Below the pieces are notes generated by a model, which worked only from the letters and a program-made list of their open reading frames with translations, did not search any database and was not told where the DNA came from. A program made the position numbers and the translations under genes. Positions 62,580 through 64,000 of a DNA stretch of 64,000 nucleotides are shown here, piece after piece. Numbering within the stretch: the first letter of the stretch is position 1; each line of letters opens with the position of its first letter. Location: NCBI GenBank assembly GCA_905178155.1, contig CAJINV010000007.1, positions 2,523,151-2,587,150 of the forward strand. Direction: 5' to 3'. This DNA is from Amoebophrya sp. A120 (lineage: Eukaryota; Protista; Dinoflagellata).

Positions 62580-64000
62580 ACTTCGCATCCTGCAATCATC
62601 CTGCCCCATAATTTCCTGCCCCCAACTGCCCCCCTCCCCCAATACGCCCGCCCCCAGGTAGGGTCGCCAGATTACCTCTGCTAAAAACCGCACTGCGGGA
62701 AAAAAAAGGCGCGGCAAAAAAAAGGAATAAATATAAGCTGAGTAATAAATTAAAATAAAAAAGGGCGGCGGGCCTCTCTAGGACAGGGCTACCGGGACCG
62801 CCCGGCCGCGGGCGCGCCCGCCTTTACCACGGGCGGCCAGTTGCCGCCCGAACTGAAATCGCAGGTCTCCGCCCGCCCTTGCATTCGAGCAGGAACGAAG
62901 GGCCCCGGACGTGCGCGCGGAGCATGCAAAGAACGCGCGACCGAGGTCGGTGATCTGGAAGGCCGGCGGAAAAAGTTGCCGCCCGGCCCGCCGCTTCGAA
63001 AAGGGCGGCGCGCGCGCAATCGGATGCACAGACAAAGGGGGAAATAACATAAAGCAGAGATGGCGCGGCGGGCCATGCAGAAAACAAAGGGCCGGGGCGG
63101 CGTGCCCTGGCGCCAGTCCTTCCGTGGCCTTTTGCTGCATCCACGCAAAGTAGCAAAAAGCTTAGCAAGCTGCGCGGATTCGTTTGCCTTTGTCCATTGT
63201 CCAATACCAGAAGGCCGGGGGCCCTTCCGTGGGGTGGGTGCGCGGCAAAGAGACGTGGGGTAGGGGGGCGCCCGCTTTCCGGCGCGCCCGCCTTCTTTCC
63301 TAGGCCCTTGCGCGGCCAAATACCGAGGCGCGGTGGCCACGCGCTTTCCCCGCGGCCAAAATAAGGGTCGGGCCCCCGGGTACTTCCGCTATGTGAGGTT
63401 GTCCGGGCGGGGGCGGCGCGCGTGCGCGCGGGACAGTAAGCTTAGCGCGGCGCCCGGCAAGGCGGGCGGGCCGGGCTCCCTTTGTTGCCTGGGCTCACCT
63501 CATCGGCTGGCCAACATGGGTCGGCGGTCGAGCGATCCGAAAGAAACAGGCCAGCGCCAGACAAACTAACCACGGACCCGACCGGCGCCCGGGCCCGTCC
63601 GACCCTTGCTTGGAGCCGGAAGGGGGGCGCCACCGGAGCCCGTCGCGAAAAAAAGGGCCGGGCGACGCGCGGGCGCTAGCTTTCAATCGCGGCGGCATGA
63701 GGAAGATGGTTGGGGGCTCTCATATGCGCCACGCGCCTGGGGGCGGGGGGCTAGCGATCCAATTCGGGTCCCCCGCCGGCCCGCCTTCCCTCCTTCGGAC
63801 CCGGCCGCCCGGTCGATATCTGGCCCACCGCTGGCCCCCACCCCCCCGACCTTGGTTCGTACGTTTGTCGCAAAAGGAGGCCCCCACAACTTCCACCCTC
63901 CCCCGCCCGCATGGCACCCAAAGCCCGGCCGGTCCGTCGGTCGCCCGCTAGGGAAGGCAGGGGGCCCCCGCTTCACGCCCTTCCGCCTGCTTGCAAGCTA
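62580..64000. repeat. very GC-rich non-coding/repetitive region
   Basis: abrupt composition shift with G/C runs and A tracts; no credible ORF. Confidence 0.45.

Noticed and set aside
61642-62717. ~300-aa ORFs spanning the gap; (TPTNSA)n peptide
   Set aside because: Artefacts of the N run and the minisatellite; coding status cannot be supported.

Overview
Eukaryotic, intron-containing DNA. The gene content and intron style suggest a parasitic dinoflagellate of the Syndiniales, most likely Amoebophrya; this is inferred, not database-checked. Every gene I could reconstruct is on the minus strand. In order they are: a membrane-anchored alpha/beta hydrolase; two tandem paralogous multi-TM proteins; a roughly 3,200-aa protein in which a degenerate adenylate-forming (ANL/AMP-binding) fold is split across 11 exons; a peroxisomal-type citrate synthase; Cdt1; SDHAF2; a SMYD-like SET protein; a Hip/ST13-like TPR co-chaperone; and a small secreted PAN/apple-like protein. 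The dominant signal is about 28 non-canonical introns that are DNA-transposon-like introners. They carry terminal inverted repeats (TIRs, usually TAT...ATA) and a 5-bp target-site duplication (TSD), and they fall into at least five TIR families. In all but one, removing the element plus one TSD copy restores the host reading frame without GT-AG ends. They coexist with ordinary GT-AG introns, occur in both orientations, and some carry nested cargo or satellite DNA. All splice models were derived by hand; junctions can slide within the TSD and need RNA-seq confirmation.
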